This document shows positions 16,870-26,942 of a stretch of 50,965 bases of DNA, in pieces. The DNA is from an uncultured bacterium (GTDB lineage: Bacteria; Verrucomicrobiota; Kiritimatiellia; RFP12; UBA1067). The notes under the pieces are model-generated. The model was not told where the DNA came from, made no database searches, and saw only the letters and a list, made by a program, of their open reading frames with translations. The translations under genes were made by a program, and so were the position numbers. The number at the start of each line of letters is the position of its first letter. Position 1 is the stretch's first letter. The stretch is from the NCBI GenBank assembly GCA_902803135.1, contig CADCPA010000133.1, positions 1 to 50,965 on the forward strand. Reading direction: 5' to 3'.

Positions 16870-19716
16870 ATGACGGTCGAACGCATCTACCTGGACCCTC
16901 GGAACAAGCTCGTGGACGGCGTCGTCGGCTGGCTGGCCGACCAGATGCGTCAGACGGCGTGCGGGGCGGCGTCGCTCGCGCATCTGCTCGTCGTCGTGCC
17001 GACGGCCCAGGCGGGACGCCGGCTGCGGTTTGCCCTGGCGGCGCGCTTCGATCACGGTCTTGTACCGCCGAAGGTGGTGATGCCGTCGCATCTCCTTGTG
17101 CCGGAGAAGGCCGACCGTCCGGAGGCGGACGCCGTGACGGAGCTGGCCGTCTTGGCGGAGGTTCTGCGTACGGCACCGGCGGACGCCTATCCCGTGCTCT
17201 TCCCCCGTGCGGCGGCGGCGCGGTCGTTTGCCGAGGCGGTCGACATGGCGCAGGGACTTCTTCGTGTGTGGAGCATCCTCGGTGAAAACGGGTTGCTGAT
17301 GCGCGACGTGGCCGTGCGGGCGGCCGATCTGCTGCGGGGCGACAATCTCGATTTCGAAGTCGCGCGCTGGCAGGAACTGGCCCGGCTCGAAGAGGTCTAT
17401 CTGACGGCCTTGGCCGCGCGCAATCTGCGGTTCAAGGGCGAGTCGGCGGCGTGGGCCGTGGCTTCGCCCCCGGTCTTTGCGGGGGTCGAGAAGGTCGTTC
17501 TGCCGTCTTTGCTTTCGCCCATCGCGGTCCTGTACCGGGTTCTCGAAGGGATGTCCCTGCCGGTCTCCGTTCTGGTCCACGCTGCGGCGGCCGACGGGGG
17601 GAACTTCGACGTCTGGGGGCGCGTGGCGCCGGACGCACGGGAATTTCTGGACGACCTTGGGCTGGCGGACGAGCAGGTTGCGGTTTTTGCGACGATGGGT
17701 TTTGAAGCGGAAACCGTGGCGCAGGGATTTGCCGACGTCAAGGCTTCCGAGGCGTTGCCGGCGTTGACGCTGGCGGACGACGATCTCTTCCCCGAAATGC
17801 AGGGCGCTTTCCAGGCGCAGGGACTCGTGCTCCATAATCCGGCCCGCGAGCTGGTCGTGACCAGTTCGCTCGGGCATCTGCTGGGCCAGCTTGTCGCCTT
17901 GGCCGCGGAGGCCCGTTACGATGTCTTCAGCGCGTTCATCCGGCAGGGAGATGTCCAGCGCTGGCTTTCCACCGTGCTCGAGCTGCCGCCGTCCGCGCTA
18001 GTCAAGGCGCTTTCGGAACTCGACGAGTTGAAGGCGCAGCATCTCCCGGAAACGCTCGATGACGTGCGGACGTTCGCGGAGGGCGATCTGTTGCGCGTGG
18101 TCCAGTTTGTGCGCGACCGGTTCCAGTCGGCGACGGAGCTGGAAAGCATCCGCCATCTGTTGGAAGAGATCTTTGCGGACCGGCGGCTCGACGAGACCCG
18201 TCCGGAGGACCGTGAATTCGCGGCTGCGGCGGAGGCGGTCAAGGAGATGTTCGACGAATTCGCGGCCTGTGGTCTTCCCGCTGCCGAGGCGCGCGTGCTC
18301 TTCGCCAAGCGTTTGGCGTCAGCGACGTATTCCCTCGAGCCCGACGAAGGCGATGTGGTTCAGACGGACGGCTGGCTGGAAGTTCCGTGGCTGGAGGAGG
18401 ACGAGTTGGTCGTCGCCGGCTTTCAGGAAGGCTGCGTGCCGGAAAGCGTGGTCGGGCATCCGTTTCTGCCGGACAGCCTCCGCGCCGGCCTCGGACTGCT
18501 CACGAACGAGATGCGCGCCGCGCGCGACGCGTTCATTCTCAAGGAGGCGATTGCCTGCCGGCCCGTCGCCCATGTGCGCATTTCTTTCCATCTCCTCGGC
18601 GCCGACTCCTCGGCGCTGAAGCCGTCGCGTCTGCTATTGCGGACGACGGACGATGTCGTGCTGGCGGCGCGCGTGAAACGGTTCTACGCCGACGTGACGG
18701 GTACAGGCGAGACGCCCGCGCGTACGTTGCCGTCCGACTGGTTGCTCAACCTGCCGATTCCGCCGGCGGACCAGGCGGTGGCGAATTTGTCGCCTTCAAG
18801 TCTCGATGCGTATCTGCGCTGTCCCTTCACCTACTATCTGAAGCGCCAGTTCGGACGGTCGGTCGACGATGCCGTCGAGGAGCTGGATGCCGCCCGTTTC
18901 GGCACATTGTGTCATGACGCGCTGGACGCCTGGGCCAAAGGTCCGCTGGCCGATTCCGTCGATGCCGCGGCAATTGCCGCCGACCTGGGGCAGCGTGTCG
19001 ATTCGATTCTCGTCGACTGGTTTGGGCTTTCCATGCCGGCCATCGTCGCGTTGCAGGCCGATTCGGCGAAGCGGCGCCTTGTGGCGTTTGCCGACCGACA
19101 GGTCGGGTGGCGTCGCGCCGGCTGGCGGATTGTCGCAACCGAGGAGGCGTTGCAGGTCGTCTACGGCGGAACCTGCATCCACGGTCGCTGCGACCGCGTG
19201 GACGTGAACGAGCAGACCGGCGAGTGGTGCGTCATCGACTACAAGACGTGGGATGCGATGGACCGGGCTTCGCCATTCGACGCGACGAAGGCCGCGGTGG
19301 CTTTTGCGAAGTCGCGCGGACTTCCGCTCGCCACGCAGATTGACGGCAAGGGCAAGATGAAGGAGATGGCCTGGAAGAGTCTTCAGCTTCCGCTCTATTG
19401 CGCCATGCTGGAGGCGAGCGGCGAGCCGCGCTTCGCCAAGGCCCATTCCGCGGAACGCCGTGCGTGCTATTGCATCCTCGGCAAGACCGCGGAGGAGACC
19501 GGTTTTGCCGAGGCGATCTCGTCCGCCGCCTGGCAGTCGGATGCCGAGCGGCTCATCCGCCGGCTGTTGGCCGACCTCCGCCGCGGCATTTTCTGGCCAC
19601 CTTCCCCCGACGATCTCTGGATGCGGGATTACGCCGGATTGATCTTCGACGATCCGCAGCAGAGCGTCAACGCGGCTTGGCTGGCCGATCAGAAGGACCG
19701 GCAGGTGGTGCAATGA
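16870..19716 (+). CDS. addB: AddB-like PD-(D/E)XK nuclease subunit of a helicase-nuclease complex (no Walker A seen)
   Basis: Start taken at ATG16870 (MTVERIYLDP), 4 nt after the rmuC stop. C-terminal nuclease motif HGRCDRVDVNEQTGEWCVIDYKTW. Cys residues flank the nuclease domain (LRCPFTYYL; YCAML...ACYC). I could not find a GxGK[ST] P-loop in the N-terminus. Confidence 0.75.
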   Translation: MTVERIYLDPRNKLVDGVVGWLADQMRQTACGAASLAHLLVVVPTAQAGRRLRFALAARFDHGLVPPKVVMPSHLLVPEKADRPEADAVTELAVLAEVLRTAPADAYPVLFPRAAAARSFAEAVDMAQGLLRVWSILGENGLLMRDVAVRAADLLRGDNLDFEVARWQELARLEEVYLTALAARNLRFKGESAAWAVASPPVFAGVEKVVLPSLLSPIAVLYRVLEGMSLPVSVLVHAAAADGGNFDVWGRVAPDAREFLDDLGLADEQVAVFATMGFEAETVAQGFADVKASEALPALTLADDDLFPEMQGAFQAQGLVLHNPARELVVTSSLGHLLGQLVALAAEARYDVFSAFIRQGDVQRWLSTVLELPPSALVKALSELDELKAQHLPETLDDVRTFAEGDLLRVVQFVRDRFQSATELESIRHLLEEIFADRRLDETRPEDREFAAAAEAVKEMFDEFAACGLPAAEARVLFAKRLASATYSLEPDEGDVVQTDGWLEVPWLEEDELVVAGFQEGCVPESVVGHPFLPDSLRAGLGLLTNEMRAARDAFILKEAIACRPVAHVRISFHLLGADSSALKPSRLLLRTTDDVVLAARVKRFYADVTGTGETPARTLPSDWLLNLPIPPADQAVANLSPSSLDAYLRCPFTYYLKRQFGRSVDDAVEELDAARFGTLCHDALDAWAKGPLADSVDAAAIAADLGQRVDSILVDWFGLSMPAIVALQADSAKRRLVAFADRQVGWRRAGWRIVATEEALQVVYGGTCIHGRCDRVDVNEQTGEWCVIDYKTWDAMDRASPFDATKAAVAFAKSRGLPLATQIDGKGKMKEMAWKSLQLPLYCAMLEASGEPRFAKAHSAERRACYCILGKTAEETGFAEAISSAAWQSDAERLIRRLLADLRRGIFWPPSPDDLWMRDYAGLIFDDPQQSVNAAWLADQKDRQVVQ

Positions 19717-22541
19717 ACAATCAACTGATTGAAGCCAGCGCCGGCACGGGGAAGACCTATGCGCTCGTCGACCGCATGGTCCAGGTGTTGAAGCAGGGCG
19801 CGGATCCCCGGGAAATCGTGGCGCTGACATTCTCCCGGGCCGCCGCGGGCGAAATCTTCACGCGCTTTGTGACGCGCCTGGCCGAGACGGCCGCGTGCGC
19901 GCCGAAAGACGCCGCGCTCCTGCGCAAGGTCGTCGAGACGCAGCATCTGACGCTGATCGGCACGCTCGACAGCTTCCTGATGCGGTTTGTCCAGATGTTT
20001 CCGTTGGAGCTCGGCCTTTCGGGCGAAATCTCCGTACTGGGCGACTTCGACGAAGGCGGCCAACGAACGGGCGTTTCGATCGGCATTCTCCGTCGAAGCG
20101 ACGATACGGCGAAACGGGCACTCATGGCGGCGTTTCGCAAGGCGATGAACCAGGAAGCCTCGCGGTCGTTCCTCGAGACGTACGCCAAACTCGTCAAGAA
20201 CTGGCATCGTCTGTACCTCGACCATCCCGACGGGGCGGGCTGGGGCGACGCGACGCGGATCTGGAACGAACCGCCGGCGGAACTGGCGGCGACGATTCCC
20301 GATATTCGCGCCTTGGCGGACGGGATGGCATCCTTTGCCGGGAAGCGGGGTGCAGATACGTTTATCAATGCCGTGCGGACGTTTACGGGAAGCATCCCCA
20401 AAATCCCCAAGGTGATGGAGGAAGATCCGGTGGCGCAGAAGGCCGTTCGCCGGATGCAGGGGTTCAACTTGTCGCGCAAGCTCGAGATGGCAGGTGGACT
20501 TCATGCGCTCATGGCGGCCTTCGAACAGGAGTACGCACGCCGCGTGCGGCAGTGCGGACACCTCACATTCGACGATGTGCCGCGGTTGATTGCGACGTTG
20601 CCGACGGAAGCCCGTCTCGCCCTTGAATACCGGATGGACGCACGCATCCGCCATTGGGCGCTAGACGAATTCCAGGATACGAGCCATGAGCAGTGGCAGG
20701 CCTTGGACAACCTCGTCGACGAGGCACTTCAGTCCGACGACGGGAAGAGCGTGTTCCTCGTGGGCGACTGCAAGCAGGCCATCTACGGGTGGCGAAACGG
20801 CGACGTCGCCATCTTCGCCGGCGAGAAGGCTTCGCAGAAGTACAAGGTGGGTGAACTGAACGAATCCTACCGCTACACGAAAGAGATCGCGGCGGCGGTC
20901 AACGCCGTCTTTGGCGGTAAATTCCTCGCCCAGTTCGGCAAATGGAGCTGTCCCGAGCACGTCGCGCACGACCAGACGACGGAGGGCTTTGTCCATCTCG
21001 TCACGAGCGAAGACGGCAAGAAGGAAAGTTTCGTCGCGCCGCTGGTGAACGAACTCACGTCCGTCCGTCCGTGGGAGCGGGGCATCTCCTGTGCGATCTT
21101 GGTACGTTCGAATGACTTCGGCAAGCTGATCGGCACCGAGTTGCGGCATGCGGGAATCCCCGCCACGTGGGAGGGCGAGAGCGCCGTGCTCGACACGCCT
21201 GTCCTCCGGGCCTTCATGGCCTATGTCAAGCTGGCGGAACACCCCGGCGACGAGCTGAGCTACAACCATCTGCGTGCGACGCCGCTCGGCCCCGCGCTTT
21301 ATCCAAACGGCTTCCCGTCTGCCGCCGACGTGTCGCGGGACGCGTTGACGTCGCTGACGACGCGCGGACTTGTCCGCACATTCCAGGCCTTGCGTGCCCA
21401 GTTGCCGGCGACTTCGTTCGATGCGTTTACGGAACAGCGGTTTGCGGACATGCTGCGTGCCGCCGCCGCCTTCGAACTGACGCTCGCGCCGGGCACGCGG
21501 CTCGCGTCGTTTGTCGATGCGCTGGAAGCGGAGAAGCGTCGCGATCTGGCCGACGCCCGCAGTGTCAAAATCATGACGATTCATCGCTCGAAAGGGCTGG
21601 GCTTCGACTATGTGCTGTTGCCGCTCTACGAGAGCGTGGGACTCGACCATGCCGTGGACGATCCGCTCGTGGGCGCGGATCCCGAGTGGGTGCTGCCCTG
21701 TCCGGGCGAAGCGATTGCCGAGTCCTATCCTGAACTCGACAAGCCCTATCAGGCGGTCAAGGACGCAAGCGTCTATGAAGGCCTGTGCGTCTACTATGTG
21801 GCGATGACACGTGCCAAGCGGGCGTTGACGCTGGTGCTGCCCCCACCGCCGAAGACGGTGGGAAAGACGATGAAGTTCTCGGGATTCGTCCGGGAGGGCG
21901 GACTTGTCGATGCCGGCGATCCGGCCTGGTACGAAAAGATGTCCGCAGCGGCGAACAGCGCGCCGGCGATTTCCGCGGACACGACGACGCCTTCGTGCCG
22001 TCTTGTCCGCAAGCCGCGTCGTCATGTGGCGCGGCGGATGCCGTCCCGCAATTTCCAGGCGGGCGTGAGCGCCGGCGCGCTGTTCGCTGCTGCGGACGGG
22101 CGCGCCAAGGCCTTGCACCGCGGTACGGAAGTCCATGCGGCGTTCGAGCAAATCGAGTGGCAGGACGCGGCCCGTGCCACGACCGAGCTGGAACGTGCGC
22201 TCGTCAAGCCCGACGGCGTCGTCGAACTCTGGCGGGAACAGCCCTACGAGCTCTTCCGGAATGGCATGTGGGAATCTGGCCAGTTCGACCGCGTCGTCTT
22301 CACCGGCACGGGGACGGAACGGCGGGCGACGATCTACGACTTCAAGACGAATGTGCGGACGGCGGGTGAGACGCTGGATGCGTTCGCGGCGCGGATGTGC
22401 AGGCAGTATGCGCCGCAGATGACGGCTTATGCGCACGCGCTGGCGGCGCTGACCGGTCTGGCGCCGGCGCGCATCGAAACCAAGCTGCTGCTGACAGCGA
22501 CGGGCGCGTGCGTGCCGCTCGAGACGAAGGAGGTCGGATGA
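19713..22541 (+). CDS. addA: AddA-like UvrD/Rep-family helicase-nuclease
   Basis: Track ORF 19398-22541 trimmed to ATG19713 (ATGA overlap with the addB stop). Motif I EASAGTGKTYAL, motif II LDEFQDTS, VGDCKQAIYGWRNGD, MTIHRSKGLGFD. C-terminal RecB-like nuclease GQFDRVVF...IYDFKTN...QMTAYAHAL. Confidence 0.85.
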   Translation: MNNQLIEASAGTGKTYALVDRMVQVLKQGADPREIVALTFSRAAAGEIFTRFVTRLAETAACAPKDAALLRKVVETQHLTLIGTLDSFLMRFVQMFPLELGLSGEISVLGDFDEGGQRTGVSIGILRRSDDTAKRALMAAFRKAMNQEASRSFLETYAKLVKNWHRLYLDHPDGAGWGDATRIWNEPPAELAATIPDIRALADGMASFAGKRGADTFINAVRTFTGSIPKIPKVMEEDPVAQKAVRRMQGFNLSRKLEMAGGLHALMAAFEQEYARRVRQCGHLTFDDVPRLIATLPTEARLALEYRMDARIRHWALDEFQDTSHEQWQALDNLVDEALQSDDGKSVFLVGDCKQAIYGWRNGDVAIFAGEKASQKYKVGELNESYRYTKEIAAAVNAVFGGKFLAQFGKWSCPEHVAHDQTTEGFVHLVTSEDGKKESFVAPLVNELTSVRPWERGISCAILVRSNDFGKLIGTELRHAGIPATWEGESAVLDTPVLRAFMAYVKLAEHPGDELSYNHLRATPLGPALYPNGFPSAADVSRDALTSLTTRGLVRTFQALRAQLPATSFDAFTEQRFADMLRAAAAFELTLAPGTRLASFVDALEAEKRRDLADARSVKIMTIHRSKGLGFDYVLLPLYESVGLDHAVDDPLVGADPEWVLPCPGEAIAESYPELDKPYQAVKDASVYEGLCVYYVAMTRAKRALTLVLPPPPKTVGKTMKFSGFVREGGLVDAGDPAWYEKMSAAANSAPAISADTTTPSCRLVRKPRRHVARRMPSRNFQAGVSAGALFAAADGRAKALHRGTEVHAAFEQIEWQDAARATTELERALVKPDGVVELWREQPYELFRNGMWESGQFDRVVFTGTGTERRATIYDFKTNVRTAGETLDAFAARMCRQYAPQMTAYAHALAALTGLAPARIETKLLLTATGACVPLETKEVG

Positions 22542-24916
22542 TGGCGAAGGAAAAGAAGGTTGCGGTTTGGCTCCTGGCCGGTATCGGGCTCGTTCTCTCC
22601 CTGTGCGCGGCGACGCCGGCGGTCGACTACGCGCGGCTGGCGGACGGTGCGTTCAAGGGGACGGTGAAAAAGGCCGAAACGCGCGATCGCCAGCTGGGCG
22701 TCATCGAGCTTTTCCGCGCCGCCTACTATTTCTGCCGGAGCGGACAGCATCTCGACGCGCTTGACACGCTCTTCGACGTGGCCACGGAAATGCAGGACCG
22801 GCGCGAGGGCAGCCGCGGCTGCGGCAACTTCCGCTGGTACTGGCGCGACGGGTTTGTCATGGACTACAATGCCGTCGACTTCTGCATGGAACAGGGTTCG
22901 CTGATCGCCCGGTCGCATCGGGACAAGCTGACGCCGTCGCAGCGGAAGAAGTTCGAGTCGCTGCTCGACTGGTCCATCCGCGGTTGCCTGGCCCACCGCG
23001 TGCGCGACGGCTATACGAACATTGCGATCATGAACGCCGTGAACCTCATTCTGCTCGGCGAGGCGTGCGGACGGACGGACGTCTTCGACGAGGGCGTCAA
23101 ACGGCTCGACGCCTTCCTGCTCAACACGGCCCTGTACGGCGTGTGCGAATATTCGAGTCCGACCTATACCGGCGTTGACCTCAACAACCTCCACCGGCTG
23201 CATGGAAACGTCGAGGACCCCGCGGTGAAGGCGAAAGCCGAGAAGCTGTTGCGTCTGTTCTGGACCGATGTCGCGGCCTCCTCCTTTGTCGGGGCGGGGC
23301 GCCTCGGCGGCACGCACAGCCGCGACTACGACTACCTCTACGGACGCGGCTCCGTCGCCGGCTACCTGCAGGCTGCGGGTCTGGTGCCGGTTCCCGCGGG
23401 CGGGAATCCCCCGCTCCCGGTCGACTACGCGGAAGACGACTGGCGGATCGACGCGCCGATTCGCGCGCTGGCCCGGCAGACGCCGCGCCGCGTGGAAAGC
23501 TTCTGGGGCGAAGACGAGACGAAGTACCGCGTCTATTGGGCCGGGCGCCATGTCGCGCTCGGCATTTCCGGCGAGAACTATTGGAACATGGATATTCCGT
23601 TGGCCGTCGATTTCGTGTCGACGAACAATCTCGTGCGCGGCTACTTCATCGCCGACGGCCGTCGCGACCCCTACGGACTCAACAAAATTCCGGAAGGGAA
23701 CGGTCCGCATCAGAAGACGCTTCATTTGCGCCCGTTCTGGGGCGGCGTGCAGCGGGGGCGGGATGCTCTGGGGCTGGTCGTCTACCGTCCGCAGGATATC
23801 CCCGTCGACTATCCGACACTGGAGTCGCATTTCGTCTTTCCGAGCGAGGTGGACGAAATCTGCATTGGCGAAACGCCTGTCGAGCTGACGCCCGGCAAGC
23901 CGTTTGCGCGCGAACTTCCACCGGGGAGCAGCCTGTTCGTCCGAAAGGGCGGCGGCGCGTTGGCTGTGCGCATCCCGTGGGCGCAGGGGGTGGGTGGACG
24001 TCCGGCGAAGATGGCGCTCGTGTGGGACGCGCGGCCGGGCGTGCCGGCCTGCCGTCTGACGGTTGCGCATCACGACTACTGGGGAGCCGCGGCCGACGAC
24101 GGAACGAAGCCGCGTCCGGGGGCGGCCTTCTGGGTGCGGGTCTGCGACGAGGCGGCGGAGGCGCAGAACTATTCGGCGTTTCGTGCGGCGTTTGCCGCGG
24201 CTGCCGCGCGCGTGGCGGAAACGGACGCGTTGCGCATCGACGTCGCCGGCGAGGAAGGTCCGCTGATGCTGGAGGCGGCTTCGCCGTTTGATTCGCCGAT
24301 GCGGTTCGAGCCGGCGCCGAAATTCGCCGTCTTCTCCCTGGATGGACGGGATGTCGGGGCGGATATTCTCGGAGCCGTGCCGGGAGTGGCCGAATTTCGC
24401 GCGGAGATGAAGCGGATGCGCCAGTCGATGGAGAAGAACCGGATCTATCTCAATGGCACGCGGGATGCCGTCTGGGAAGCCGAAAGCGGCGTTGTCGTAC
24501 CCAAGATGCAGCTCGACAAGGATCCGCAGGCGCATGGCGGCGCGTATGTATGGGCGCCGGGCGAGCCGGGCGGACATGGCGGCGGCCCCGGTTCGGTCTC
24601 CTGGCAGATCGACGTGGGCAAGGCCGGCGTCTATTACCTCTGGGGACGGGTGAACGCGCCGACGCCGGACGACGATTCGTTCTTTGTCACCGTTTCGTCC
24701 GGCGAGTATGCCGTGAAGGGACTGAAGGGCACGAAGATTCTGCCGCAGACAGATTGGCCGACGGGCGTGACACGCGGCGCATGGAAGTGGTGTCCGTTCA
24801 AGACGGAGCTGAATCTGCCGAAAGGACCCTGTGTCCTTTCGCTTGGCGTGCGTGAGAACGGAACGAAGATCGACCGCCTGTTGCTGACGGTCGATGAAGA
24901 ACCGTCGATCAGGTAA
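22538..24916 (+). CDS. Secreted hypothetical enzyme, alpha/alpha-toroid-like N-terminal region plus C-terminal carbohydrate-binding-like beta-sandwich
   Basis: Track ORF 22397-24916 trimmed to ATG22538 (MMAKEKKVAVWLLAGIGLVLSLCAA signal), which overlaps the addA TGA. Helix-rich region ..FESLLDWSIRGCLAHRVRDGYTNIAIMNAVNLILLGEACG.. C-terminal AVWEAESG...GGAYVWAP...GVYYLWGRVNAPTPDDDSFFV...IDRLLLT is CBM-like. Confidence 0.55.
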   Translation: MMAKEKKVAVWLLAGIGLVLSLCAATPAVDYARLADGAFKGTVKKAETRDRQLGVIELFRAAYYFCRSGQHLDALDTLFDVATEMQDRREGSRGCGNFRWYWRDGFVMDYNAVDFCMEQGSLIARSHRDKLTPSQRKKFESLLDWSIRGCLAHRVRDGYTNIAIMNAVNLILLGEACGRTDVFDEGVKRLDAFLLNTALYGVCEYSSPTYTGVDLNNLHRLHGNVEDPAVKAKAEKLLRLFWTDVAASSFVGAGRLGGTHSRDYDYLYGRGSVAGYLQAAGLVPVPAGGNPPLPVDYAEDDWRIDAPIRALARQTPRRVESFWGEDETKYRVYWAGRHVALGISGENYWNMDIPLAVDFVSTNNLVRGYFIADGRRDPYGLNKIPEGNGPHQKTLHLRPFWGGVQRGRDALGLVVYRPQDIPVDYPTLESHFVFPSEVDEICIGETPVELTPGKPFARELPPGSSLFVRKGGGALAVRIPWAQGVGGRPAKMALVWDARPGVPACRLTVAHHDYWGAAADDGTKPRPGAAFWVRVCDEAAEAQNYSAFRAAFAAAAARVAETDALRIDVAGEEGPLMLEAASPFDSPMRFEPAPKFAVFSLDGRDVGADILGAVPGVAEFRAEMKRMRQSMEKNRIYLNGTRDAVWEAESGVVVPKMQLDKDPQAHGGAYVWAPGEPGGHGGGPGSVSWQIDVGKAGVYYLWGRVNAPTPDDDSFFVTVSSGEYAVKGLKGTKILPQTDWPTGVTRGAWKWCPFKTELNLPKGPCVLSLGVRENGTKIDRLLLTVDEEPSIR

Positions 24917-25946
24917 AGCGGCTCATGACCAGCTTGAGAAGGTCGCGCCCGCGCACGGGCCAGAGCCGGGTGGGACGGTCGCGCTTCAGCGGCGTCTTGA
25001 GGAACTTCGGCATGTCCGGGAAGAATTCGAGTCCGCACAGCTTCTCCAGCTCGTCGATGGTGACGATGTTGTGTACGGGGAAGTCCCAGCGCCCGGCCGT
25101 CTGCTCGAACAGCACGGCCAAGGCGCGGACGCCGTCCGCCGTCTGCGCGACGATGACCATGTAGCATTTTTCCGGGACGACGATCGAGGAGCCGGCGAGC
25201 TTTTCGCGCGTGGCCGTCGTGCTGCCGGGAATGGCGCCGGCGACGACCCAGATTTCGCCGTACTTCTGGGTCCAGAGCTCGGCGATGAGGTGTTCCATCG
25301 CCCGCCAGGGACCGCGGTTCAGCGTCGGCTTTTGCGGGAAGATGTTCGTCATCTGGCACGTCTTCTTCGCGGGGTCCGGGCCGAAGCGCGTGACGATGGC
25401 GTTGAAGGGGACCATGTGGCTGCGGTCGTAGCCCGTGTTGGTGTAGGCCGTCGGCGCGGGCGAGCTCTCGACGTTGCGGTCTTTCACGAAATTGGCCTTG
25501 CTGCGCTCGTAGGGGAACCGTGCGGCGGCGGGAACATGGTAGGCGGCCCAGACGGGGATCTGAAGCGACGGAGACCAGCCGATCAGATACTCGTCGCGGT
25601 CGAGGGTGATGATGTCCGCGGGCGCCGGGGCGCCGAGGCGCACGGGTTCGCCGGCGAAGAGCACCTGGTTCTCGGGGACGGGATCGTCCGATTCATAGAC
25701 GCAGTCGTGCCCCGTCCAGCCGAGCGCATCGGTCAGGAAGGCCGTGCGGTCGCCGAAGTATTCCAGGGGCGCCGTCAGAACCGAACGATGGTCCGCCAGC
25801 CAGTCCGCGGGATGGTGCACATAGAAGTCGCCGGCCGTGCAGAGCATGAGGACGGTCAGCACGAGGACGACGGGCACGATGCGGGCGGCGAGACGGAGGG
25901 TCGTCACGGGCGTGCTGCGGGCGGGTTTCTTTTTACGGGCGGGCAT
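24909..25946 (-). CDS. Membrane-anchored DNA/RNA non-specific endonuclease (Endonuclease_NS family)
   Basis: 345 aa. N-terminal basic stretch plus TM (RLAARIVPVVLVLTVLMLC). Active-site region YDRSHMVP (family motif DRGH) followed by NIFPQKPTLNRGPWRAMEH. Tail-to-tail 8-nt overlap with the + gene ending at 24916. Confidence 0.75.
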   Translation of the reverse strand: MPARKKKPARSTPVTTLRLAARIVPVVLVLTVLMLCTAGDFYVHHPADWLADHRSVLTAPLEYFGDRTAFLTDALGWTGHDCVYESDDPVPENQVLFAGEPVRLGAPAPADIITLDRDEYLIGWSPSLQIPVWAAYHVPAAARFPYERSKANFVKDRNVESSPAPTAYTNTGYDRSHMVPFNAIVTRFGPDPAKKTCQMTNIFPQKPTLNRGPWRAMEHLIAELWTQKYGEIWVVAGAIPGSTTATREKLAGSSIVVPEKCYMVIVAQTADGVRALAVLFEQTAGRWDFPVHNIVTIDELEKLCGLEFFPDMPKFLKTPLKRDRPTRLWPVRGRDLLKLVMSRFT

Positions 25947-25951
25947 GGTTG

Positions 25952-26608
25952 CTAGGCCTTGGAATGGGGGCGGAGCACGTAGTCGTAGACGTGCATCAGC
26001 GCGGTCGTGAAATCTCCCACGGTGAAGGAGTCGGGCGACAGTTCGGCATGGGGGTCGGGCATCAGCGAGACTCGGGCGCGGGAAAGTTTGGGACTGAAAA
26101 AGGCGAGCGTGTCGGCGTCCGGCAGAATGACGGCGGCCGCACGGCGGAAGGCGCGGCGTTCGAAGAAGCGGGCCAGGGCGATGCGCAGTCCGCGCCCGAG
26201 TTTGGGATCCGCAGAAGGCGAAGGCAGCTCGGCGATGAACGGACGGCGCGTGAGGGAGAGCTGGTCGATCATGCGTGCGATCCGGGCGCCGTCGTTGAAG
26301 CCATGAAGAACAACGTAGTCTTTACGTGCACAGAGCGCGATGCCGCGGAGGACCATCAGCGTGGCGATGACAAAACGGCGGATGGAGGCCCGCGGCGGAA
26401 GGTTGCCGCAGAGGGGGAAGACCGGTACGGTCAAGACCGACGTCTCGGCCGGCAGCGCGGCGGAAAGAAGCGGCGAAAGCCGCGGGGCCAGAAGGTCGAC
26501 GGCATACCCTTTCTGCTGCAGGGCGGAAATCGTGTCCTGGAGGCGAAGGATCTCCTGTATGTCCGCGTGCGCGCGGGTGGAGGCGATGATCAGTACGGCG
26601 GACGACAT
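25952..26608 (-). CDS. Hypothetical protein resembling only the N-terminal half of a GT4-type glycosyltransferase
   Basis: 218 aa, 5 nt upstream of the nuclease gene. VLIIASTRA...LQQKGYAVDLLAP...AAAVILPDADTLAFF resembles a Glyco_trans_4-like N-domain. The ORF ends where the catalytic C-domain would begin. Confidence 0.4.
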   Translation of the reverse strand: MSSAVLIIASTRAHADIQEILRLQDTISALQQKGYAVDLLAPRLSPLLSAALPAETSVLTVPVFPLCGNLPPRASIRRFVIATLMVLRGIALCARKDYVVLHGFNDGARIARMIDQLSLTRRPFIAELPSPSADPKLGRGLRIALARFFERRAFRRAAAVILPDADTLAFFSPKLSRARVSLMPDPHAELSPDSFTVGDFTTALMHVYDYVLRPHSKA

Positions 26609-26617
26609 GGCATCGCG

Positions 26618-26833
26618 TCAGAGGTCGCCCAACTCGATGCGGATTGTACGGGACTTCATGGCGTCCAGCTGCGCCTGGGAAGACGGCTGCTGGGCGGGGG
26701 CCGGAGGCGCGACAACAAGGCGCGCGCCACAGGACGGACACTCGACGGACTGTCCGACCATGTTGCTCGGCGCTTCCAGTTCCTGCTTGCAGGAACTACA
26801 CACGAACGAAACAAAATTGCTTTCGTCTGCCAT
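26618..26833 (-). CDS. Small zinc-ribbon protein
   Basis: Start taken at ATG26833 (MADESNF), with GGAG 9 nt upstream; the track start at 26839 is TTG. Two CxxC pairs (CSSCKQ...CPSCGA) followed by a Pro/Gln-rich tail. Confidence 0.6.
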   Translation of the reverse strand: MADESNFVSFVCSSCKQELEAPSNMVGQSVECPSCGARLVVAPPAPAQQPSSQAQLDAMKSRTIRIELGDL

Positions 26834-26942
26834 TTGCAACGACTCCGGGAAAACTTTCTTCTCTCGCGTACGACCTGTTCAGAAAGTAGAATACTCCAAT
26901 TTGGCAAAAAAGGCAAGCCTGGAATTCAAAAAGGGGCGTCTG

